Assembly: GCA_016699935.1 (NCBI GenBank) | Contig: CP064992.1 | Location: forward strand, 960,001 to 992,000 | Direction: 5' to 3' | Length of the DNA: 32,000 nt | Source of the DNA: Candidatus Saccharimonadota bacterium | GTDB taxonomy: Bacteria; Patescibacteriota; Saccharimonadia; Saccharimonadales; UBA4665 | Shown here: piece by piece, positions 20,071-27,753 of the stretch | Layout of the letters: the number at the start of each line of letters is the position of its first letter | Numbering within the stretch: position 1 is the first letter of the stretch | Made by a program: the position numbers and the translations under genes | Notes under the pieces: generated by a model | Databases searched by the model: none | Told to the model about the DNA's origin: nothing | The model's input: the letters and a program-made list of their open reading frames with translations, nothing else

Positions 20071-20316
20071 ACTTCAGCTTTAGTAGGTGCTCTTTTCCCG
20101 AATCTTACTTATTTATAAGGATTATGTAATGTCATTTGACTCAGAACGAGCTGCCTGGTTGATGCGGCAGGTGTACGCATAGAGCCAGGCACATCAAAAT
20201 GTTCAGGACGGCTAAGTATTTTAAGGCAATAAACTAGAAGTTGTTTGCGTTGATTACGTTCGACCTGCCCAACTTACCAATGCAGCACTTTCTACTACAC
20301 TTGAACAGCTAACTAC

Positions 20317-20592
20317 TTAGATGTCAACGAAAATATCTTCGACGGTAGTAACAACTTCTTGAGCGCGTAAAACAGCTAATGCTGCAGCTGCCCCTGTCAT
20401 AAAGGCTGCGTCTGCACTGACCAGATTATGATCAGGATCGCCCACTATAGATCTAGCGGCTTCTTGTAGAGCAGTAAGCACCCCCGGGGGTAGGCTTCGC
20501 AAGGTACGTTCCATAAATTCGGGGTCGCCTATGAGGCCCCGTCTAACGACAGTATCTGCTCCATATGTTTCACATTTCAGCTTTTCAACCAT
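20317..20592 (-). CDS. Hypothetical 91-aa protein
   Basis: There is ORF evidence only and no recognisable motif. A TATATT box ends 7 nt upstream of the ATG. It is transcribed divergently from the 392-aa hypothetical gene across a very AT-rich spacer. Confidence 0.4.
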   Translation of the reverse strand: MVEKLKCETYGADTVVRRGLIGDPEFMERTLRSLPPGVLTALQEAARSIVGDPDHNLVSADAAFMTGAAAALAVLRAQEVVTTVEDIFVDI

Positions 20593-20719
20593 TATCTAAA
20601 TATAAAGAAGACAGTTCATTCTGAAAGTGATTAATATTACGAATGGTAAAAACATGTAGACAATATGAATTGTGCATAGTATTATATGCGTAGTTTTGTG
20701 ATATTTATTACACATATAC

Positions 20720-21898
20720 ATGACCGTGCAACCTTTTACAGAACAAACTGGCAACGCCCAAGACCTTCGGGTGGTTCAGCGTGTCACAGATCATGAGGTA
20801 GTTCTGCCGGGTCGAGTACACATAATTGGAAATACTGCATTAAATTACCCACGTGCAGACGAGGAACAAAATAGTATGGAAGAATATAATGTACAGGAAG
20901 TTCCTGCGATGGGTTTCGGAAATCCAGACGCAAAAATCAGTTATGCAAAGCAAAAAGCAGAAAATCGTCTTAGTGATGAAGTAGAATCAGCTGCGGTTGA
21001 GATTATTCAAGCAGGCTCTGCCATGGGCGAAATAACAGACAAAGACGACGGATGTATGGATGGTCGGGGTGCTAAATGGGTTACATTCGCAAATGCACTT
21101 GGAATATTCGGGGAAAAAGCTACAACTGCCGCCAAGCACTTACGCGCAAAATTAGCCGGTGGCGGTTATCTAACAGCACTTTCTATGAAAATTGCACTCG
21201 ACAGTCACGTTGGCGATGTCGATGAAGAACTACGAGAGGTTACGGTGACTCTTGCAGATCAAGGCATAATTTGCGGCACTCACAAGGGTGATCACGAGAA
21301 TGAAGAAAAAACAGACTGTGGCGCAAATGATAACCTAAAAACTATTTTCATAAACGGCTTCAATCATTTTGGTGCTATTACCAAAACAATAAAAACCATA
21401 TATACACTGCGGGGTATTGCCTATGATGAATCAGCTGATAACAGAGTGCATGCTGGCTGGTCTGGTACGCTAGAACAGCAAGGTTATTTTGCAGGAAGCA
21501 ACGGTGTGTCTCGTTATAAAGTCATAATGGGTCATATCGCCAGAGAACAGCAGAAAGATGGTGGCGAGTATCCTGTTTCAACCAGCAAGCATCTTAGGGG
21601 TGGGCATAATGAAGCTTTTGTGGTGCTAAATTTCTGCGAAGGAAAGACTTTCTCTCAAGCTGCATTCAAGGAACAGTTACAAGCTAGATTCCCAGATACT
21701 CCAGAAGAAGAACTACCACAAGTCTTTGTAGTGGATGTGTCTCGCATATTAACACTTGCTGAAGCTATGTCAAAGGGTCGAGAGGATGAAAAAGGGCATT
21801 CAGGGGTCGCATTGTTTGCGGGTATTTCATATCAGTTTGCGACAGCGGCAACACTGACAGATGGTAGCCTCAGGACATTCATTGTATCTGAAAAATAG
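20720..21898 (+). CDS. Hypothetical 392-aa protein with a Cys/His cluster (DDGCMDGR ... ICGTHKGDHENEEKTDCGAND)
   Basis: A long uninterrupted ORF in a visibly AT-richer segment, with no family that I can name. The Cys-x-Asp-x-Arg and His...Cys-Gly spacing is only loosely reminiscent of beta-carbonic-anhydrase-type zinc sites. Confidence 0.55.
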   Translation: MTVQPFTEQTGNAQDLRVVQRVTDHEVVLPGRVHIIGNTALNYPRADEEQNSMEEYNVQEVPAMGFGNPDAKISYAKQKAENRLSDEVESAAVEIIQAGSAMGEITDKDDGCMDGRGAKWVTFANALGIFGEKATTAAKHLRAKLAGGGYLTALSMKIALDSHVGDVDEELREVTVTLADQGIICGTHKGDHENEEKTDCGANDNLKTIFINGFNHFGAITKTIKTIYTLRGIAYDESADNRVHAGWSGTLEQQGYFAGSNGVSRYKVIMGHIAREQQKDGGEYPVSTSKHLRGGHNEAFVVLNFCEGKTFSQAAFKEQLQARFPDTPEEELPQVFVVDVSRILTLAEAMSKGREDEKGHSGVALFAGISYQFATAATLTDGSLRTFIVSEK

Positions 21899-21992
21899 AT
21901 AGTCCTTTGCGTATATGATTGGTAACTCTTTACAAATTGCGTTGTACTCTGTAAACTTGTAGTATCACAAATAACGTGGAGGAATAATAACT

Positions 21993-22792
21993 ATGTTTCG
22001 TAAAAATAAGCTCGCTATGCTTGTGAGTGAGTTTTTGGTACCGCTGTGCTCGCACTCGCTGTGCTCGCTCTCTCGCATTCACAACTAAGCTATCCCTATT
22101 TTATTGCATCGGGAGCCGGTCTGACGCTTGTGCTTCTTGTGGTTGCATTAGCTGGTATTTCGGGCGCGGTTTTTAACCCAGCTCTGACCATTGGTCTCTG
22201 GACAGTGCGCAAACTGCGTACACTTCAGGCGTTAAGCTATATTCTCGCTCAGTTCGCTGGTGCAGCGGCTGCTTGGTATCTGTTTGTTTACTTTACAAAG
22301 CTCGACAATGCCAAAAATAATGGTACGTTCGATACTCGCCTGCTTGTTGCAGAGACGGTTGGAACATTTGTGTTCTCATTTGCTATCGCGGCTGCAATAT
22401 ACCAACGAGTTAGTCTCGGCCTTAAGGCTTTCATGGTCGGTGGCGGTTTAATGGCTGGTGCCGTTATTGCGTCTCTCGGATCCGTCGGTGTCTTGAACCC
22501 AGCTGTTGCCTTTAGCGTTCACCAGTTTGGTTGGGGCACATATGTACTTGGTCCTGTCCTTGGTGCGGTTATTGGTTTCAACCTGTATAACCTATTGTTT
22601 GTAGAAACCGAGGTCGCTGAAGCGGCTGAGGCAAAGGCAGAAGCTAGTGAAGCAAAGACAGTGAAAACAGTAGCCGCCCAGCGTGCTGCTGCCAAGAAGT
22701 CAACTGCTCGCAAGGCTCCTGCAAAGCGCAAAACAGTCGCTAAAAATAGTTACCTGCGTTCAAAAAAGCCGCTCACTCGAGCGGCTTTTTGA
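21993..22792 (+). CDS. MIP/aquaporin family channel with a Lys/Ala-rich C-terminal tail (frame error at GG 22037-22038)
   Basis: The ATG at 21993 follows a ggagga box. MFRKNKLAMLVSEFL joins TAVLALAVLAL if one G is added. There are two NPA boxes (SGAVFNPALT and GVLNPAVAF). The last 63 aa are AEAAEAKAEASEAKTVKTVAAQRAAAKKSTARKAPAKRKTVAK... Confidence 0.8.
22762..22790 (+). terminator. Rho-independent terminator overlapping the channel gene stop codon
   Basis: aaaaaa-gccgctc-actc-gagcggc-ttttt forms a 7-bp GC-rich stem with a 4-nt loop and a T5 tail. The A-tract/T-tract symmetry would allow bidirectional function. Confidence 0.6.
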
Positions 22793-22845
22793 CAGTTTTC
22801 TATGCAGTACTAGCCAGCCCAAATCTTTGAGGGCTATACAAAAAC

Positions 22846-22897
22846 TTGTCATTCCCGTCCCCAGCCCAGGTTGAGGATAAACACCGGCGGGAATCCA
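22846..22897. repeat. 52-bp repeat unit, copy 1 (ttgtcattcccgtcccc...ggcgggaatcca)
   Basis: A near-identical copy lies at 22986-23036. It contains the internal inverted repeat attcccg / cgggaat. Confidence 0.8.
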
Positions 22898-22949
22898 CAT
22901 GTCTCTTCTCGCCATGCCGAATATATTTTGGCAACCATACGTCACCGTC

Positions 22950-22979
22950 TGTCATTCTGAACGAAGTGAAGAATCTTCC
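22950..22979. repeat. Solo left arm of the TGTCATTCTGA(G/A)CGAAG element
   Basis: tgtcattctgaacgaagtgaagaatcttcc compares with tgtcattctgagcgaagccgaagaatctcc at 11594. No matching right arm follows. Confidence 0.6.
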
Positions 22980-22985
22980 TCGTGA

Positions 22986-23036
22986 TTGTCATTCCCGTCC
23001 CCAACCGAGTTGAGGATAAACTCCGGCGGGAATCCA
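22986..23036. repeat. 51-bp repeat unit, copy 2
   Basis: ttgtcattcccgtccccaaccgagttgaggataaactccggcgggaatcca compares with copy 1, ttgtcattcccgtccccagcccaggttgaggataaacaccggcgggaatcca. Confidence 0.8.
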
Positions 23037-23509
23037 TGCGCTTCCCGACGTTTGTACATACACGAAACTTTAACTATTCACTGAACTTCACTTCCACGGG
23101 TAGTTCTCGGACTGCCTGCCGACCAACTTTGGGCAGCCAAAGTTGGACAAAGCTGCCGGGGAGAGTGCAAACGACCGGCTTACTTGAAATTTCTTTTGAC
23201 CTGTTTGGTTCCTCTCGAAACTCCCCGCCTTTAAGCGGGGTCAAACATTCTCGTCACGCAAGCAGTCCAAAAGAAATTTCAAATCAGTCGTTATGCAGCT
23301 GCGTCCCGCAGCCCCAGAACTGCGCGGTTAGCAGCATAGCTGCACCGGAAGATTCTCTTGCGACCCGCCACTGGCGGCTCTCACCCGGTACCCCAAGAAA
23401 CGACCTCTAACAGCGTCGAGGAAAGCACGTACGGCGCATCAGCCCGTTCTGATTATGTCGCTTGCGTCACTAGCGTTATTATGCAGCCCTTGCAGTATCT
23501 AAGCCTAAG
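23037..23509. ncRNA. Candidate structured non-coding RNA of unknown class (strand undetermined)
   Basis: About 470 bp between two convergent gene ends, with no credible ORF. It holds several strong hairpins. One is a 10-bp perfect stem, ccaactttgg/ccaaagttgg (23123-23146). Another is a 99-nt three-tier hairpin (15-bp stem 23184-23198/23268-23282, tgtttg/caaaca, ccccgc/gcgggg). A third pairs tgcagct with agctgca (23294-23344), and a fourth pairs ccgcc with ggcgg (23365-23377). Confidence 0.3.
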
Positions 23510-23525
23510 CCCTACCCTCTACCCT

Positions 23526-26500
23526 CTACCCCTTCCCTAACAGCGCATCCTCAAATGCTCGGATATCTTTCATGCTGTCGCCGTAGAAAGATGTGTCGGG
23601 CATGTCGAGTGTCATAACTCGGTTCCACATAGCAGCCAGCAACTGTTTGGTTCGCTCTAGCATTGTTGCCTCGAAATGGACGACTTTTTCGATAATGTTG
23701 CCCGTGGCATCGGGTTCGACGAACACAAGTCTACCCGTGTCAACGCTGTAGTCGCGGTACGTGTGAGCCTTCGACCAGGATCTTGTAACAATATAGCTGG
23801 AGGGTGTAGCGATAGAGTTTGGCGGGGTCACTGCCGAGCTGACCTGTTTTGTAGTCGACGACCGTGATAGTTTTGGCTGTCTTATCTATTTCGAGGAGGT
23901 CTATTTTGCCTCCAAGGTGAACGTCGTCACTAAAAACACCCTCGTCCCGGAATGACTTTTCGGCAACATTGCCTTGGTGAAAACTAGCTTTGTGGACTGC
24001 GAGAAATGAAGTTAGAGCGTGTTTGGCACGATCCGATTGGACAGCTAGCTGGTCACCCGTAATGGTCTCGCGCGTTAGGTACATTTCGGCATGACGAATC
24101 GCTGCGGCAGTTGAAGGCAGTTTGCTATGCAGATTCAGTTCATTTTGTAACCACTGCAGAGTGCCATGGATGGCATTGCCGAAGCTGGCATCGACGTTCG
24201 GTGCGCTCGGAAAACGCAAGATAGTTCCAAGGAGAAAGCTCTCCGGCCCGCCATATTTGAGGTCGAGAAAATGCGTCAGATGGGTCGGGCTGAGCTGGTA
24301 CCGTTCGAGTCGATTGTGTAACAGCTCGGTTAGTGGCGCGGCTAGGTTATAGTGTCGCTGCTGCCAGTTCATGGTCAGTGCTTCAAGACTTGGCGGTTCA
24401 CTACTGTCATGAGTGACCAACTGATGTTCGTCAGGCAATATTCGCGTCCGTCGAGCGCCTTTGTCATCACTCGATTCATCGAAGTATTTTACGGCCTCGG
24501 CCTTTCGGCCGCTAAATGTCTGTTCGTGGCTCGTGAGGTGAAGCCCATATTTCGCCCGGGTCATCGCCACATACAAGAGGCGCAGGCGTTCGTCGTCCGT
24601 ACTGCCAGCGTGACGAATATGGGTGAGGTTGGCCGGAAGGGTAAGCTTATTACCCATCCCGAGTGCCTTGGAGCCCCACACGGTATCATCGCAGGCGACG
24701 AGAAAGACGTGGTCAAACTCGAGACCTTTTGCCTTATATACGGTCATGAGCTGAATGGCTTCGGCTGACTGGCTGTAGGGGCTAGTATTGAGCATTGGTT
24801 GCTCGGCGGTCTCATATGCCTCGACAAACTCCAGGAGGTCGGGCAATCTTAGTTCTTTGCCTACGCCCGTCTGATGCTCACGTAGCCGCGAACGGATAAC
24901 GGTGAGTTGTGTGACGGTTTCGTACAAAACCGTTTCTCCCTGTCGCGTAAAGTAGTAATCCCGCAAAGGGCTCCGGACGCTCGGCAGATCGCGGTCGTGT
25001 GTGGCGACATCGCTGGTGCCGATGAGCGCATCGAGCATGTACTCGACAGATTCTGTTTCGACTTTTCCGGCAAGTGTTAGAAGCAGGATCGCGGCATGTT
25101 TGAACTCAACCGAGCCAAGAAGCAGTTCGCTCCACGTTTTGCGCTTGTCGCTCGCCTTCCAAGACATACGCCAAATATCACTGGTTGAGAAATCCCAAAA
25201 ATCGTAACTGAGCACTTCTGGCCAGAGGCTGTTCGCCAGGCGATGTTCACCGGAGTGCAGTGCCATGACAAGTCGGCTCATGGTGAGTAGCTCGCGAATG
25301 ACGGGGGCTTGCAAGATGTTTTCTCGTTTCTCATAGGCCACGGCGAGCTCACGGTTTTGCAGGTATGGAACGAGCGGCTCAAGGTATTTGTGCTTCGGAG
25401 CAAGCACGGCGATTTGTGACGGTTTAGTGCCAGTTGCAACCAACTGTGCGATAGATGCTGCAATAGCCGTGCGCTCAGCGACGGCGCTCTGATAGATTTG
25501 TCGTGCCATGTGAACTGCGGGAAGTGATTCATTTTTCGCGTGAATCTGCTTGGTGACGCCCGGAAAATGATGATGGAGACGTGCTTGTATCTGTCCTGAA
25601 ACACGATCTGTTGTTTGGAGAATTTCCGCCCGGGAACGGTAATTATCAGAGAGGGATATCACCCGGACGTCTGTATACATGCGATAGAAATCGAGCATGT
25701 TGCTCGCTTCGGCGCCCTGAAATGCGTAAATGGCCTGGTCATCATCACCGACCGCCAGGACATTCGGCTTGCCTTCTTGGCTGGGGTTATTCGTGAGGAG
25801 TTCGACCAACTTGAGTTGGGCGGCATTGGTATCCTGGAACTCATCCAGCAATAGGAATTGATACTGCTCTTGCAGCGTGAACCGTAGTTCATCGTGGCGT
25901 TCAAGGACGTCTATGGTACGCAGTATCATATCGTCGAAATCGTACAGCCCCTTTTCGGCCAGTTTCGTCTGGTAGGATTCTAAAACATCTGCCAGTGCAG
26001 CAATGCGTTTTGCCTCAAGCTCACCTACCAGCATAAAACGATTATCACTGTCTTTCACTAGCCACTTGTTCTTCCAGGCCGTCAGTGGCTTGGTCGTAGA
26101 ATCCTCAGAAGCTAGTGTAAGCGCGGCATCTAATTCGTGCGCGGCCAGACCAGCGAGGTGTTGGTGGGTGGATGGTGGATGGTGGGTGGTGAAATGCAAT
26201 ATCTCTCTTACGGCCTGAAATATGGGTTCGGCGGCGGATATTTTGCTCGGCAGGCGAGATGAATATGGTGCAAGTATCTCGCCTATACCGTCTTTTGTTT
26301 GTTCGATGACTGCTGTGTTTGCTACGGCGATACTACGTAAGTCTTTGGGCGTAAGAAGCCCGCGCTTTACTTCAGAAATGGTTGAGACAAGGTCACCCAA
26401 GTGGTGCCGTACTTGTTTAATGGGACTCTGGTAGTCGGTATTTTCTATGATGCTCGCAAGGATTTGGCGTTTACCCAGTTCATCGACTGGGCGTTCAAGT

Positions 26501-26829
26501 CGTAGGTCTGTGAAATACTCTGGAAACCGGCCAATGATGGTGCTACCAAAGGCGTGGTAGGTGCCAATAGATACATCGTAGGCCGCTTGTCCTATAAATG
26601 ACATAAGTCGCTCGCGCATGTTCTGAGCCCCGCTTTCGGTAAATGTCAGACAGAGGATGTTTTGCGACAATGCATCTGTCACCTCGAGGATGTGTGCCAC
26701 GCGGGCGCTAAGTAGCTGCGTCTTACCCGTCCCCGGCCCTGCAATAATAAGCACAGGCCCATACACGGTATCCACCGCCTCCCGTTGAGCCGAGTTTAAC
26801 CCCATATATACTTCCCGAAACGTACTCAT
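23526..26829 (-). CDS. UvrD/PcrA-type SF1 helicase fused to a C-terminal PD-(D/E)XK (RecB-like) nuclease domain, with one frameshift near 23770
   Basis: The helicase motifs are GPGTGKTQLLSARVAHIL (Walker A), LLLDEFQDTN, VGDDDQAIYAFQGA, LSDNYRS, TVYKAKGLEFDHVFL and LLYVAMTRAK. The nuclease motif is GGKIDLLEID...ITVVDYKTG...QLYCY. ORF 23526..23831 continues it in another frame as HTYRDYSVDTGRLVFVEPD. The start is placed at the ATG at 26829 (MSTFREVYMGLNSAQREAV), after a gaaagag box. Confidence 0.85.
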
Positions 26830-26880
26830 GTCTACTCTTTCTTCCAAGCCCCAATTGTTCCCTACTTTATAGTATAGCAA

Positions 26881-26916
26881 TTCCAATAACCTATACGTAC
26901 GTCTCAGTTATTGGAA
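26881..26916. promoter_or_regulatory. 36-bp palindrome (candidate operator) abutting a TGcTATACT extended -10 box upstream of the helicase gene
   Basis: ttccaataac-ctatacgtacgtctca-gttattggaa has perfect 10-bp arms. On the minus strand it is followed by ttgcTATACT (plus 26871-26879). A near-identical copy lies at 27631-27667. Confidence 0.55.
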
Positions 26917-27043
26917 CAAAATCTTAAGCCTTTTGTTCGGGGGGGCAAATATCAACATAAAGGCGGGAAGTGGATTTAAGTCTACTGATTTTAACTTGAG
27001 TATATCTTCGATTTGATCTGCTAATGGAACGAGTACTTCTGAT

Positions 27044-27631
27044 TCAGGATAGTATAAACTTTGTGGTTGGATATTTCTTTTTGAAAAGACGAATCATTGC
27101 TGGAGCGTTTGGGAGATTTTTGGCTTCAAACTGTGTGACGTATCTGTCAACCCCACATCGTGCTGAAAGTGTACGAACATCGTCGATACACGGAAATGGG
27201 GTAATGTAGACACTACGTTGCAGTATGTAGCAGCCATAACGGCGCAATTCATTTTGTAGGGCATGGCGTGCCGATTGCAGCTCATTCGGGATGTCGTAGA
27301 TGATGATTCGCCACCACCCATCCCAGACTTGTTGAGGTATCGCGACAAGCTCAGATTCTATGCGAGCAAGCCGCTTCCGTGCCTTATCGGTCAGTTGCAA
27401 CCCATGTTCATACTCACCGACCAGATAGCCCTGCTCTTTCATGTAGTACAGCACCCGGCGAACCTCTCGTTCACGTTCTCGCTTGTCTAGGTGTCGGAAC
27501 AGACTGTCAAGAGGTTTCTTCAGCCCAATCATAATGTTTGGCGCAACCATTGTTGCCCCCGCTGCTAGCCCAAACACACCAAACTTCAGTATCTCATCTA
27601 TCACCTGACTTGTTGTATCATTCCGTCCCAT
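27044..27631 (-). CDS. PaaX-like / Cas2-fold putative transcriptional regulator with N-terminal hydrophobic segment
   Basis: The 195-aa ORF has a winged-helix-like REVRRVLYYMKEQGYLVGEYEHGLQLTDKARKRL. This is followed by WDGWWRIIIYDIPNELQSARHALQNELRRYGCYILQRSVYITP, the W.G.W..v.YDIP....R..lr..L...G...lq.SV.. pattern of the PaaX C-terminal/Cas2-like domain. Confidence 0.65.
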   Translation of the reverse strand: MGRNDTTSQVIDEILKFGVFGLAAGATMVAPNIMIGLKKPLDSLFRHLDKREREREVRRVLYYMKEQGYLVGEYEHGLQLTDKARKRLARIESELVAIPQQVWDGWWRIIIYDIPNELQSARHALQNELRRYGCYILQRSVYITPFPCIDDVRTLSARCGVDRYVTQFEAKNLPNAPAMIRLFKKKYPTTKFILS

Positions 27632-27667
27632 TCCAATAAGTATAGACGTACGTCTCAGTTATTGGAA
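27631..27667. promoter_or_regulatory. 37-bp palindrome (second copy), containing a TATACT box 7 nt upstream of the PaaX-like ATG
   Basis: The sequence is ttccaataag-tatagacgtacgtctca-gttattggaa. The minus strand reads TTCCAATAACTGAGACGTACGTCTATACTTATTGGAATGGG, with the ATG overlapping the arm. The first 22 nt are identical to the copy at 26881-26916. Confidence 0.55.
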
Positions 27668-27753
27668 TATGCATGCTTTTCGATCCGTATTATAGAGATT
27701 GTGGGTAGCGTTGATGGGTTGAGGCTGGAGTGGTGGAGGTTGTAGGTTAGGGG

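Noticed and set aside
20071-20316. tRNA or small RNA gene in the 246-bp gap after atpC
   Set aside because: Only a 6-bp stem (gcctgg...ccaggc) with a 26-nt loop is visible. There is no cloverleaf, no T-loop GTTCGA-like box and no terminator, so the evidence is insufficient.
22982-23410. 142-aa plus-strand ORF (MIVIPVPNRVEDKLRRES...) as a protein-coding gene
   Set aside because: It starts inside repeat copy 2 and reads straight through the hairpin-rich region. Its composition is not protein-like and it has no start context. Translations such as VIPVPN...DKLRRES are typical artefacts of translating this kind of palindromic repeat.
23037-23509. Identification of the structured intergenic region as RNase P RNA, tmRNA, SRP RNA, a cobalamin riboswitch or group II intron domain V
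   Set aside because: Isolated strings resemble conserved cores. ACGACCGGCUUAC is like the RNase P P4 3' strand, GAGGAAAG occurs at 23419, GCAAACGAC is like a tmRNA tag start, GCCACUG is like the B12 box, and GCACGUACGG is like domain V. The partner elements, however, are missing or in the wrong order or spacing. There is no GAGGAAAGUCC 5' strand upstream, no tRNA-like GGUUCGAxUCC/CCA end, no GGAA-tetraloop SRP helix and no complementary domain V half. The GAGGAUAAAC(A/U)CCGGCGGG strings upstream belong to a duplicated repeat unit. A covariance-model search is needed, so no class is assigned.
26163-26190. G-rich ggtgg(g/a)tgg repeat as a regulatory element or G-quadruplex
   Set aside because: It lies inside the helicase coding sequence and simply encodes a His/Pro-rich linker (TTHHPPSTHQH) on the other strand. 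Its G-tracts are mostly only 2-3 nt and it is not on the mRNA strand.
27044-27631. Cas2 / CRISPR adaptation protein
   Set aside because: The YDIP...QRSV segment is shared between Cas2 and the PaaX C-terminal domain. This protein has an N-terminal winged-helix-like region and a hydrophobic segment, with no neighbouring cas1 or repeat array. A PaaX-like regulator is the better reading.
26881-27667. Integron-type gene cassette with attC sites flanking the PaaX-like gene
   Set aside because: The palindromes lack the RYYYAAC/GTTRRRY core sites, and no integrase gene is present. Their position over -35/-10 elements fits an operator better.
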